Part shown: one piece after another, positions 41,701-52,300 of the stretch
Position numbering within the stretch: position 1 is the stretch's first letter
Layout of the letters: every line of letters starts with the position of its first letter
Assembly: GCF_018977255.1 (NCBI RefSeq)
Contig: NW_024704749.1
Location: forward strand, 16,864,001-16,928,000
Direction: 5' to 3'
DNA: 64,000 nt
Source: Callorhinchus milii
Lineage: Eukaryota
Notes under the pieces: generated by a model
Databases searched by the model: none
Told to the model about the DNA's origin: nothing
The model's input: the letters and a program-made list of their open reading frames with translations, nothing else
Translations under genes and position numbers: made by a program

Positions 41701-42168
41701 ACGTGTGCTCTGAATCAATTGCGGTTTGTGGTTGACCATTCCAATCACCCTCCGGTGTAAATACTTTTCTTTCTCAACGATGACTTGCAAATATATATAT
41801 ATATATATATATATATTGTGGCGTTCATACAGGCAGTGTCTCACCAATATTTGATGCAAATATATCACCAATTTATTCCCTTTTACTCCCCAGCCTTCCT
41901 CCCCATACCCCATCCCCCCACCAAAAAAATCTCAACCACATTTTATTGTTGGACGTCCGTCTCTGCTTTCTCTTCCTCTCCGCAGTCTTCCAGGATCGAT
42001 GACCAGAGATGTGCCCCACCCAGCCCGGTGCCAAGGGGACCCACGGTACCAGACGAGGACTTTTTCAGCCTCATCCAGCGTGTGCAGGCGAAGCGCATGG
42101 ACGAGCAGCGGGTCGATCTCCCGTCCAGCCGCGAGGGGCACGAAGAGAGGAGGCCGAGCTCCAGCTGA
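850..42168 (+). CDS. GPSM1: G-protein signaling modulator 1 (AGS3), spliced CDS: join(850..1070,1690..1825,3487..3629,4460..4583,7488..7603,8458..8613,9923..10031,15763..15889,28379..28452,29219..29410,39407..39563,41098..41318,41986..42168); 5' exon lies upstream of the window
   Basis: 13 exons with canonical AG/GT ends and matching phases sum to 1959 nt (652 aa + TGA). N-terminal TPRs and four GoLoco (D/E)QR motifs. [19 protein letters not shown] and [27 protein letters not shown] fit GPSM1 rather than GPSM2. Confidence 0.95.
1690..1825 (+). CDS. GPSM1: GPSM1 exon 3 ([20 protein letters not shown]...HSDK), TPR
   Basis: ccaacag acceptor, aag|gtaatc donor; 136 nt. Confidence 0.95.
2058..2365 (+). 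mobile_element. DeuSINE-family SINE copy with tRNA-like head
   Basis: tggctcagttgg head, ccttcagatgagatgttaaccgag core, gtgtcctggccaacaatcc, tail tgaaatgctttgagacgtc. Confidence 0.7.
3046..3215 (-). mobile_element. Young tRNA-SINE 3' half (one of more than 40 similar fragments)
   Basis: Matches the recurring consensus atccttgcatttgatatagcgccttatcacgtcttcgagacgtctcaaagcgcttcac...gcggcagccaattgcgcacagcagcgtcccacaaacagtcgtggattg. Confidence 0.85.
3487..3629 (+). CDS. GPSM1: GPSM1 exon 4 ([19 protein letters not shown]...KATEYYE)
   Basis: ccgttag acceptor, ga|gtgagt donor; 143 nt. Confidence 0.94.
4460..4583 (+). CDS. GPSM1: GPSM1 exon 5 ([30 protein letters not shown]...FHKE)
   Basis: tttccag acceptor, gag|gtaaag donor; 124 nt. 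Confidence 0.95.
7110..7400 (+). mobile_element. DeuSINE-family SINE copy
   Basis: gagacgttaagccgaggccctgtctgcctg...ccggtgtcctggccaacaatcc...gtttgtgggacattgctg. Confidence 0.7.
7488..7603 (+). CDS. GPSM1: GPSM1 exon 6 ([29 protein letters not shown]...EYYK)
   Basis: poly-T cag acceptor, aa|gtaaga donor; 116 nt. Confidence 0.95.
8458..8613 (+). CDS. GPSM1: GPSM1 exon 7 ([25 protein letters not shown]...QELDDR)
   Basis: tccacag acceptor, ag|gtgaag donor; 156 nt. Confidence 0.95.
9923..10031 (+). CDS. GPSM1: GPSM1 exon 8 ([17 protein letters not shown]...HLEISRE)
   Basis: tttcacag acceptor, gag|gtaagc donor; 109 nt. Confidence 0.95.
13141..13398 (-). mobile_element. Young SINE, near full length, with 6-bp TSD TGATAA
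   Basis: Consensus body plus (TTA)n tail; TGATAA at 13135-13140 and 13399-13404. Confidence 0.85.
14172..14392 (-). mobile_element. Young SINE copy, subfamily with L2-type loop
   Basis: Near-identical in reverse complement to 58966-59153. Confidence 0.85.
15763..15889 (+). CDS. GPSM1: GPSM1 exon 9 ([18 protein letters not shown]...YEAQG)
   Basis: cttgcag acceptor, aag|gtaggt donor; 127 nt. Confidence 0.93.
20820..21200 (+). mobile_element. Old CR1 LINE ORF2 remnant
   Basis: Frameshifted translation [19 protein letters not shown]...[14 protein letters not shown] matches the CR1 RT C-terminal pattern LYxxLVRPxLEYxxQFWSP...LERVQRRATRLIP. Confidence 0.65.
23160..23420 (+). mobile_element. CR1 LINE ORF2 fragment
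   Basis: [54 protein letters not shown], typical CR1 RT C-terminus. Confidence 0.88.
25172..25945 (-). mobile_element. 5'-truncated L2 LINE (ORF2 C-terminus, 3' UTR, hairpin, (TTG)n tail)
   Basis: [34 protein letters not shown] and [50 protein letters not shown]; tail ends in (TTG)n. Confidence 0.93.
25270..25410. repeat. About three tandem ~50-bp G-rich units inside the L2 3' UTR
   Basis: ggggaaatggtcagggtgaggggagggaagg... occurs three times. Confidence 0.8.
26680..26723. repeat. Compound (TA)n(TG)n(TA)n microsatellite
   Basis: Directly visible; others at ~20358 (CA)n, ~28278 (TTTG)n, ~34239 (CA)n, ~41790 (AT)n. Confidence 0.9.
28379..28452 (+). CDS. GPSM1: GPSM1 exon 10 ([25 protein letters not shown]), linker
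   Basis: tcttcag acceptor, aag|gtgaga donor; 74 nt, phase 1 to 0; SMENM-x-L-x-x-LTPEK linker motif of the family. Confidence 0.92.
29219..29410 (+). CDS. GPSM1: GPSM1 exon 11 ([10 protein letters not shown]...VRSKRYPE...[14 protein letters not shown]), linker
   Basis: ctttaaag acceptor, atg|gtaggc donor; 192 nt open, resembles the mammalian EQNGD...VRSRKY...PLDSADV exon. Confidence 0.85.
29700..29985 (-). mobile_element. DeuSINE-family SINE copy
   Basis: Tail plus ggacactgggagaatctc...gccgtgggatcttta...ggacggcacctc core. Confidence 0.65.
33150..33590 (-). mobile_element. L2 LINE 3' fragment
   Basis: [11 protein letters not shown]...ALWNSI translation and the cagcgccttgggacgtcctctcgccgtgaaaggc tail. 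Confidence 0.78.
35290..35560 (+). mobile_element. DeuSINE 5' part (tRNA head plus Deu core)
   Basis: agtcagaaggttgtgggttcaagcccca (B box) followed by ccttcagatgagactttaaaccaaggtcccgtctgcctg...cccatggcactatttgaaaagagaagggag. Confidence 0.75.
39407..39563 (+). CDS. GPSM1: GPSM1 exon 12, GoLoco 1 ([21 protein letters not shown])
   Basis: ccacag acceptor (CAGAAG tandem acceptor), a|gtgagt donor; 157 nt. Confidence 0.94.
41098..41318 (+). CDS. GPSM1: GPSM1 exon 13, GoLoco 2 and first half of GoLoco 3
   Basis: cctccag acceptor, cag|gtaagg donor; [19 protein letters not shown] and [11 protein letters not shown]. Confidence 0.95.
41986..42168 (+). CDS. GPSM1: GPSM1 last coding exon, end of GoLoco 3 plus GoLoco 4, stop TGA
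   Basis: tccgcag acceptor; SSRIDDQR and [20 protein letters not shown]. Confidence 0.95.
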   Translation, partial: SSRIDDQRCAPPSPVPRGPTVPDEDFFSLIQRVQAKRMDEQRVDLPSSREGHEERRPSSS

Positions 42169-43724
42169 GCGACTTCGCGCTGCAGAGACTTGTAGCCGGT
42201 GAACGGGGGCCTGGGCCATTGAGTGGATCAGGGCACTTGCTGCTGTTGTGAGCGACACTCTAGGTGCGTGCAGTTCCCCCAGTGCTCCTGCAAGGTCAGG
42301 GCACAATGCTACACGAGTGTGCAGCTGTAGAGAGTTGCCAAGGAAGATAAAGTTTTTATACATACTGTATGTGTATATATATATATATAAAAAACTTCAT
42401 TTCATCCCATCCCCTCCCTCCAGTCCACCGTTAACTAAACATTCGGGAAGCAGAAAACCGAAGCTTTTTTTTTAAAAAAAAAAATGCGTGTTGAAAAGGT
42501 ACGAGAGCATTACCCGGCTGTGACACTGAATGAATGTAAGTAAAACTATTTGGTACAACAGAAGATCCGATGCCAAGAGAGCCACGGACATACACACGTG
42601 TACACAGGCCAAAATGGGTACATACGTGTGCAGAAACGTGTACCTGCAGGAAGAAGTGTGCACATATGAGAGGCAGGTAGTGAAAGCCATAGATTGCTTT
42701 CGGTTTCAGAGCAGTGCCCAGGTGAATCGACTGTACTTTGCATTATGACCGCCAGAGATTACATCGGCCGATTATTACCTTTAAAGACGGAGACGGTGTT
42801 CAGTACAGCACGGATTTGTTTGAGCTCGTGGAATACGTGCAATATTCTCCGTCTGCCTCACCCACCAGGAGAAGGCACTAACTCCCACTTCCGACAAACG
42901 GCCAAACTTCTCCGAGTTGTCGCAGGTGGGCAGGTGCAGACAGACGCCCACTGTGCCAGCAGCAATGCATTTGCTCAGTGGATGCGTACAGCAGTCATAC
43001 ATTCACTGCAGGTCTATGTTGCAAGGATTGGGCTGTGTTATGCAGGAGTTTCCCTTGTTCACTGAGAATACAATACGGCTTTAGGATTACACAGGAAGTT
43101 TTAGTCGGAGAAACTTACAGAACTAAAGAATAATCTTTTTTACATTTGGGAAGAAAACAAAAGGAAAACGTTCAATCGTTTTCTTTCAACGCCTGTCGAG
43201 GTGTAAAAATATCTCTGCATTTCTTGGTGATTTAGGGCCCTGTTGTTTGCTTATCGGTAAAATTACTGAGCTTTGGTGACGGCCTGAAATGGTCTTAAAA
43301 CCTAAGGAGGCGTAAGAATGATGGTAAATTTTTAAAATTCTTGTCTTAATTTGGAAGCTGTTGTTCCATGGCTTTCAAAAAGCCTGATTTCCAAATTAAT
43401 GGATTTAAGAATTTCAAGACAATTAGAAATCTCCCAGGCTAAGACGAGGTGGAATTTGGAGCTTTTTCGTTGGGTTTCCAAACCCACACCCCATAGCACC
43501 CCCTTCACGGCTATTTTGTGTATCTGCTTCTGTGTAATTAATTCTCCTCTCAAGCATTGAGAGATCAACCCTATGGTACGATTTTTTTCACTGCCGTAAA
43601 GCATCGGTCTCGAATGAATTAACTTTACCCTTTGATTTATAAAAAGTACTGTTTCTGTAAATATGACGCCAATCCCCATTTTATCCCAAAGGTGTAAATC
43701 GTATGAAATTTTACACAGGCTTGT

Positions 43725-43730
43725 AATAAA
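43725..43730 (+). terminator. Probable GPSM1 polyadenylation signal AATAAA
   Basis: AATAAA ending a repeat-free ~1.55 kb stretch after the stop; repeats resume at ~43845. Confidence 0.6.
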
Positions 43731-44563
43731 AATGATGAGTTCTGCACCACGTGGCTGCTTTGTTGAGAATCACTGATTCCTGCATCACTTGAACATTTTT
43801 TTCCAGTGATTTCCCATTCCCTACTTCCCTCGGGCTAATTGACAGCAACAACAACTTGCATTTATATCGCGCCCTTCACGCAGGGTAGCGTCCTGGAGCG
43901 CTTCACAGTGGCGGAGTCTGACAACAAGCCAGAGGGAGTGTGGAGGTGACTAAGCACGATCAAAAACTAACCAGTGCTGTCTGGGCAGTAGCAGGTCAAG
44001 AGGGTGAGTATCTATGACACAGCCACAGGGGGCCAATCTGCTGTTAACCACAACAACAACAACAAATAACATTTGTATAGCGCCTTTCACATCAGGAGGA
44101 TGTCCCAAGGCGCTGACGTGATCTGCCATCACCTACCCATATCCTGGTGAGAGTTCCACTCGACCCAGTTTGACTGACAGCGGGCCCAAAGGTTTGGAAC
44201 TCATTGTTTGGAGGAAATTATAAATAATTAAACAATGTTTGCATTGGATACTGTGCCCCATAATGTCTCAGCAGCGATTTGACTTTGAAGTTTAGTGACT
44301 TACGTGGGCAAATGCGGGAGCCAATCTACACCAATCTAGACCAAGGTGGAATTTCTCCCCCCCGATGTTTATATCCTATCTATGAAGCTCTCCTCTGCAT
44401 TAGCTCTGCTTTACCCCTTATTTACTTTGGATGGACTCTTACCTCACGTGAGGTGGTTGTACTCCACGACCTGGCAGTGTGTACAGACAGGCCTGCAGCA
44501 ACTGAAAGCTGTAAATCTCCAGCTGCACTGTGTGTGGACGGGATCGTGAATCAGAATGAACAG

Positions 44564-44569
44564 TTTATT
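44564..44569 (-). terminator. Candidate polyadenylation signal of the minus-strand gene
   Basis: AATAAA on the - strand ~1.8 kb past the stop; ATTAAA near 45220 is an alternative. Confidence 0.35.
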
Positions 44570-46339
44570 AAACAGACTCAACAAGGAACGAATGACAGGG
44601 TACGGGGTGTTCCGGATCTGAACGAATCTGAAGCTAGCAAAACTGTTCTCAGTTACGAACTCAAGTCTGTTTTCTGTTCACTTCTCTGAAATTCTTCCTG
44701 CCTATGTATTTATAATTGCAATTGATATAGCGTCTTCGAGATGTCTCAAAGCGCTTCACAGAATATTCTTAACCTCAGAACACAGTAATTATGTCTGGAA
44801 AATCGTAGGATTCGATTAGAAAACTGAACAATCAGCAGAGAAAAACAAAATTGTCATCAATAATCTCCGTCGCCCCGACTCCAAACACACAGACAAGCGC
44901 GAGTGAAAATACACACACTCAAATATTCACACATGCAAATTATATTTACATTTGATAGAACATCTATCATATCAAGAGGAAGCCTGAGAGCACTTCACAA
45001 AGTGTAGTGACTGTGTACTTTGCAGGTTGATACACACATTCAGACACACACGCAAACAAAGGCACACAGACCAGTTACAATATGAAAAGCCATTTTTCTA
45101 TTAAACCTGATAAAACTGAATGAAACAGGACAACCAGTCCCTTCGCTCTGTACCCGACCTCTGACTCCATTTACATAGTCTGCCCGTTATACCTCCAGAC
45201 AGAGACTTGTGTTGTCATTTAATTCAACGGGAATTTTTTTCTACTAAGAGATATGGTTGAGGGGATGGAATTGAGGTGTAAATCCAGAAATAAAATAAAC
45301 TGCGCAGCTGAAGCCAGATGTGGAAAAATTCACATTCCGTTTACTTTACAATTGATGAAGTGGTTGGTTAGCTTTACCATGAACAAAAGTAAAGTCAAAG
45401 AGCAGGGACAATATACGCATAATTTACACACACCCTTATTCACTTAAGTGTCAACTGTAAATAAAATCGGTTACACAAAACAGGACTTGTTTCTTGCAAG
45501 TTCCTCCACAATCCAAAAGAGATGAACAATCTCCAACCTGTTTCTGTGATCTCAATAGTTAGACTCGCCTTGTGTTGTCTCATCAGTGACGAGTCTTGCA
45601 GTTATTCTGAGCAATCACAGGTGCTCCGAGAGTCACCGAGTTTAAATGTCACAAAATGAAATATAAAAAGTTGGTGTGTGAAAGTGATGTAAGAATAAAA
45701 ACTATTGTGGCATTTCTCCAGGCGATTAGTTTTTCTACCCCCACCCGCCCGCCCCCGTGATTCAATAAAGCTTGGTTGATCAGCAGCTTAAAGATTCTTG
45801 TGTGTTTCAGGCAAGATTGTCAGTACACACAACACACACTCAAACACACAGCACCTTCCTTCTTTTCCTCCGTCCCCCCAACACACACACATACCACCGA
45901 CCTTTCCACCTCAGCCCTCGCACCCACCCCCACACACACTCCACTTTCACTCTTTCCATTTCCCAATCAAATGCAGGAGGCATTATAAAAACTAGGTTTT
46001 CACACACTATATATTATAAACACACACACATTATATACATTAGTTACACAATGTCCTTGATATAATCTATATTATATATAAAGCACAAGAGTACTATGAT
46101 TGATCTCATTTCCACAAATAAACTTTTAAATCATTTGCTGATCCAAGTGTAAAATCTAGGTCTTGCCCCACTGTTGCCAGTCAGTATAATAATGTTCCAA
46201 AAATAAAATGATCTGTGTATAAAAATATAGGGGCTACAGCACCACTTTTCACTGCGGTCCTTGCAGTCAGTGAGATGTAACTCAAGGCTCTCCCTCTGCA
46301 GCTTGCAGAGAAGCTGCTATCTGCGTCCATTCTGGCTCT

Positions 46340-46387
46340 TTAAGCGTGTGGCTGCAGAACATCAAGAAGTCCCAGAGGTAAAGCGAT
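46340..46387 (-). CDS. Minus-strand gene last coding exon ([15 protein letters not shown])
   Basis: ggtttctccag acceptor, TAA at 46342-46340, followed by UTR-like sequence. Confidence 0.62.
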   Translation of the reverse strand: MALPLGLLDVLQPHA

Positions 46388-49300
46388 CTGGAGAAACCAA
46401 CAACACACAGAAATGAAGGAGCAAGTAAACTCACACACATTAGAGCGTAGTGGAGTCATGTAAATCAGGTTAAGGGACGTGCCGGTTCAAAGCCCTGATA
46501 ATGACATTGTGTTTATTCCCAGTACAGTATGTTTTAGCTGATTCTAGAGTTACATAATAATAATCGTTGCATTTCATATAGCGCCTTATTACATCTTCGA
46601 GAAGTCCCAAAGTGCTTCACAGAATATGCTGTAAAGTGAATCGACCGTATATTTTGTGGGCGAATTGCAGCAGCCAATTGCGCACAGCAGCGTCCCACAA
46701 ACAATCGTGGATTGAGTGACCAAATTATTAGCAGTAGTTTTTTGAAGGAATTATTCAGGAAAGGAGGGGAGAACCCCCCCTTCTCCCCCAAGGAAATATA
46801 ATAGCAAATGATTCCTTTCTGTGAACTATCCATAATGGATTTACCTGCTGTTCCGTTGGATGGTTTTCGGATCCTGTTGTCTGTGACGATGTGAATCCAG
46901 ACAAGGTCAGGCACTGCAACTGGCTTCGAGCCCCTGATAATAACAAGGATTTTTCACATAAAACTGTCAGCGAAGCCATTCGACATCTCTAACTAAGGTC
47001 AGAGCGATTCTTAAAACAAAGGTTGGCTGAAATAATGTCCTGACCATGAACAGACTGCGACGGAATAAAATGGGATAAGAGAAATGAGGACCTAATTGAA
47101 GGAAACCAGCACAGCAGGATAATCCCAGCCAGCAGTGCTAAAACGCCTTGAGACGTCCTGTGTTGCACATCAAATGCAAGAATTATTATCATTACCACAA
47201 CCCACTGACCTACGGGGATGTGAGGAGGCTGCTCACCAGTGCTGTGGACTGGAACCTGACCCTCAACAGCCGTGACTGGCATTAGCTGCTGTGTCTGGGG
47301 AAGAGCAGACAGTCCCGGCTGCTTCAGGAGCTGCTCCGCTCCACCAGGGCACTGGATCTTCATCTTCAACGTTTCCACTCGAGGGCGAAGGTGGGCCAGA
47401 GCCTCAGTGTGCGTCAGGGCAGAAGCCTGGACTTGCGGAATCTGTCCCTGGCTAAGGACCAGGTCTTCAGGAGGCCCCGAGTCTAACAGCTGCCCTTGCT
47501 CCCTGCACTCCTGCCGTTCCTTCTTCTGCTGGATTTGAAAGGCCTGGAGTAACAGAAATGACGAGCTTTTAAAACACAAACTTATTAAACTGAAAGATAA
47601 GCCGCTTCAGGGCAAAGCTGGAGATACTTATTAAGGCCACAAAGGTCACAAGTTTGACTGACACTTGTCAGGGACATAGTACATTGCACTGAGATACCAC
47701 CATTCAAAAAGGAAATCAATAGCCACTAACAAGAGACTATAATAATCCTTGCATTTGATATAGCGCTGTTCACATCTTCTAAACGTCTCAAAGCGCTTCA
47801 CAGAATATACTATAAAGTGAATTGACTGTATATTTGTTGGTGAAACGCGGCAGCCAATTGCACACAGCAGTGTCCCACAAACAGTGGTGAACTAAAGCGA
47901 TATAAAAAAAATTCTTGAGGGATTATTATCAGGTGTGTGGAGTAATGTAACTTGCCCAAGGTTTTGCCCTTCCAGGAATCGAACCCAGATTTCTCGCTTG
48001 TGAGATGAGTGCTCTAACCACTGAGCTACAGGACTCCACTACAGGACTAGCGCTACAAATTACAGCACTGGCTCAATCCCAATTTTTAACATGTTAAAGA
48101 TTTGCATTAAACCGTATATTTTAAGATATTTAGTTAACTGTCAGTGAACCAGACCGCTGGCTATGAAGTATTTGGGATGTATTCCACGTTTCTCTGTGGG
48201 TACCTGAAGAATTAGCTGACTGGCTGAGGTACATATACTGGTGCCTCTTCTGTTACTCAGAACTCCCACAGGATTTGACTGATAAAATGAGAAGCAAAGA
48301 AAAAAAAAATTCAAATCTATTAAAAAGCTAAAATATTATTTGCAATTTCTCACAACACAGCTCAGTTCAACTGGCAGCGATAATAAAGTCAACCTTTTTT
48401 CCACAACGTAAATCAAAATTTTCAAGCTCACTCTAAAGTATTAGAACGCTTCACTCTTTATGTAGCTTCCCACTTGCCTGGCGTTAAAAAAGAGTATGTG
48501 TGTTATAAAGACAGCTGTGTGAAGGCAACCTTCTCCACGTCGAGCTGCTAGAACATTTCATTCATTCAGAGTTTGTTCTGTGACAGACCAGCCATTGCTT
48601 GTGCCATTGGCAGCTGTGTCAGGCTCATTGTAACCTGAGAGCATGACGCAGTGAGTTGGGGCAGATTCTTAGCAATGAAGGACTATTTTTCGCCCCACAA
48701 AAACCAATTCACTTTGCAGTATATTCTGTAAAGCGCTTTGAAACATCTCAAAGACATGATAAGGCGCTGTATCAAATGCAAGGATTATTATTTATTATTG
48801 TTTGGTTATGTCTCAATAAGGGTTTTATTCGAGGTCTGACAAAGAAGTTAAAAAGTATAGCGAGACCTGGGTGTGAGTTGTAATTAAGAGACTCAGGCCA
48901 TTAGAATCTGATCAACAAGCTTCCCCAAAGGCCTAGTAGGTCAAAGGCACCATTAGGCCACTAGCTTTGAAGCTACTGATCTCAACAAGAGCTAAATCCC
49001 TGGGGTAGAGCAGAAAAATAAGACTATGTGTGTGTGCATGTCAGATACGTCTAGTATTAGGCTGGGCTGTAATACCTACCAAAACTCAGTACGTCTTATA
49101 GTTAAACTGTTAGTTCCACTCTCCCCACAACCCACACTTACCGATAATTCCTGGTTCAGAGAAATGGGTACGAGCTGGGCTGGCACTTCCTGAATAGTGA
49201 CTTGTCCAGGGTCCAGAAAGGGGCTATACTGTCCGCTGACATTCCCGCAGTTGTTTGCCGAGTTAGTGGGAATATTGCACAATAAAGCAGCCTGGGGCTG

Positions 49301-52300
49301 AGGCCTGATGGTCCCAGCCACACTGCAGGGCAGGTCTAACGTTTGAACAAGGATCTAAAATGTTGAAAGAACAAAACATTAGTTTAATAAGAGCTAAACT
49401 GGAGCACAGCGGAAGCAAACTGGGGCTGAGAAAATCCAAAATGTATTTTGCCATTTCCTTTGCTAAGGATTCATTCTGAGGTACACTTTTAGGTACAGTA
49501 CAGCTGCCTGGACTATTTAAGAAACAAATCTGGGGCTATTTCAACAGTGAGGGGATGGCTATCATGGCTAAGTCTGACTTCATATGCACTGCTTACAGCA
49601 GTTACCCAATAGCGCAGTGTCGCATGAGCTTAGTCTTAAGACTGTTTATAATCTGCACTGACTTGTCAGAAATGCCGACCTTCAGATGAGAAGTTAAATC
49701 AAGGTCCCGTCTGCCTGTTCAGGTGGAAGTCAAAAGGCCTTGGAAATTATTTCAAAAAAGAGGTGTTTCTCCCGGTGTTCTGGCCAACAATCCTCCAGAT
49801 AAGTTAGTCATTCACTTCATGGCTCTTTGTGGGAGCAAATTAGCAGTTTCATCTGCCGACAAATTCACGTCTCGAAACACACAGCAATTAATAGCCTACA
49901 GAGCACTTTTGAGATGTCTGAATATTACTGAATAATAGGTGGCTGGATCGAATGCAAATTCTTATAATAAAACCCAACTGTAAAACCCAAAGTGACCTGA
50001 ATATCACTCTGTTGGAGGATATCCTGGATGAGCCCAATGGTGGTTGGCACAGTGGACAGGAGCTGGGAATGGCTGGCATTCTGCATTATCCATCCCATCA
50101 CCGGACCCTCTTTGGACACACTTTGCTGCTGTAGTGCCTGTGGTTTGGATGACAGTCCCATCAATTGCTGTGGGACTATCACGCCGTTTGCTGGACACAC
50201 AGAAGAAGGCTCTTGGAGGCTGGTAACTTGAGGTGAACCCATTGCCTGGAGGTGCTGAGCGGTTTGCTGGGTTGCGACACTTCGTTGTGGAGACACTGGT
50301 GAGAAATCTGAAACGTTCTGCATCATAAAAATAAAATGAAAAGGATTCATTAGGAAACAAACCTAGTCCCTGTTTACCTGTTCAGGTAGACTTTATAGTT
50401 CCCAATTGAACTATTCGAAAAAGGAAGAGAGTTTCTCATTGTGTAATGACCAGTAATCCACCCAGATAATAATAGTAACAGATGACTGTTTGTAGGACAT
50501 AGCTGTGCACAAATTTGCTGCCAGGTTTGCCTACAAACACATAGTCACTACATCTTACAGTACAACTCCGTGACCTGCTTTGAGATGCTTCGACATAGGT
50601 GCTACTTCAATTAGCTTTACGTGCCTGAGAATGTGATTTAAAAAGTATTAAGAGAATATCCGGCTCTGAAGATAGAATTCAAGCCAGAGAGAGCAGGTTT
50701 TAGAATATAAATGCTCAGCCCGCACGTGTGCTCAGTGCCACTCGTTCTACATGAGCAACCCTTGACCTGAACCAAACCAGGGCATTAACGAGTGAAGGAG
50801 AACTGAATGCCACGTCCACCCAGTGTTGAGAGTCAAACGCTGAGTGAGCTGTGTAGATATGGTGCCATCTAATGGCAGACACCAGATATTGACACAAAAC
50901 GTACAAGGCACCCAACCCTGTTACAACACAACCAAAAGAGGGAGAGCAGCTGGGAAAACTCAGGAGGTCAGGTAGCATCGATCGAGGAAAGGAAAGTGAG
51001 TCAACGTTTCGGGTCCACGACCCTTTCCTTCATAGATGCTGCCTGACCGGCTGAGTTTTCCCAGCTGCTCTCTGTGTTTTGTTTCAGATTCCAGCAGCTG
51101 CAGTATTTTGTGTTCTGTTACAACACTGGTTGTTATCGCAAACTGAACACGCGCCGTACATTTCTGTACGTCGGAAGAGGTAGAGTAGCAGTCAACGGTA
51201 AATTGACAACCCATAAATTGGCCATTGTTTTACTACAGAAAGTTGGCTGGACAGCGCTAGAGACCAAGTGTACTCGAAACACTAGACAATAGCACTATAA
51301 ACTATAAGCTTTGGTGAATGAGTTAGCACCAATTTAGAATTGAGGGTTGAATGATCTCCTCGGCTGTACAGCGCCTTGGGACGTCCTCCCGACGTGAAAG
51401 GCGCTCTATAAATGGAATCTTGTTGTTGTTGTTGTAGGCTGTCATTTCTATGCATCTATGGGAAGGTTACACTCAGTACCTGGGGCTTGTAGCCATGTTG
51501 TTGCTGCTGTTGTTGCTGCAGAATCTGAACTTGTTTTTTCAACACCTCAATTTGTTGCTGTTGCACCTGGATCTGAACCTGGTTTGGAGAAGAAGTACAT
51601 TAGCTATCAAGAGTGGGACTGTCCTGCATAGCCTCAACATATTAAAGGCAAAGTATTGTGGAGTCCTGGAGCATAGTGGTTAGCCCACTCACCTCACAAG
51701 TGAGAGGTTTAATTGCCAGACGGGGCAAAACCCTAGGCAAGTTTCTTACTTCACACGTCTCTGTTTACCTAGCAGTAAGTAGGAACGGTTGGCGGATCGC
51801 TTTCTGGGGGTTATAATCCCTCCAAAAAAACATGGTCACTCAATCCACAACTGCTGTGTACAACTGGCTGCCATATTATGCGCACAAAATACAGTCAATA
51901 ATTATTATTATTATTAATAAAGAGAGAACTTACGGTGGCTGGCAAAGAGGACAGCTGAACACTTGGGACAGACATTGTGATGCTTTCTGAGGCTGCTGCA
52001 GCTACACTGGCAGAACCTCGAGTAGAGCTTGGGGCATTTGTTGGGTTCCTGGTGCCCAGTCGCTCAACACCAACCTTTTTCTGAGTCCTCGCCTTCCCCT
52101 GGAAACCAAAGGAAAATCAAATAAAGAAGCTCATATGAGTCATGTGGAGAGGCCACTGCAGACTTTTTCACAAAGAACAAAAAAAAGAGAATACTCATGG
52201 AAGATTTGAAGTATTAAAGATCCTAAAAGGAATAGGTAAAGTCTAATAACCCCCCCAAAATTAATAATCCTTGCTTTTGATATAGCGCCTTATCATGCCT

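Noticed and set aside
850-42168. Calling the plus-strand gene GPSM2 (LGN)
   Set aside because: Diagnostic residues ([54 protein letters not shown]) match GPSM1.
47965-48040. tRNA-like sequence with A and B boxes
   Set aside because: It continues directly into the SINE body and lacks a clean acceptor stem; it is a SINE head, not a tRNA gene.
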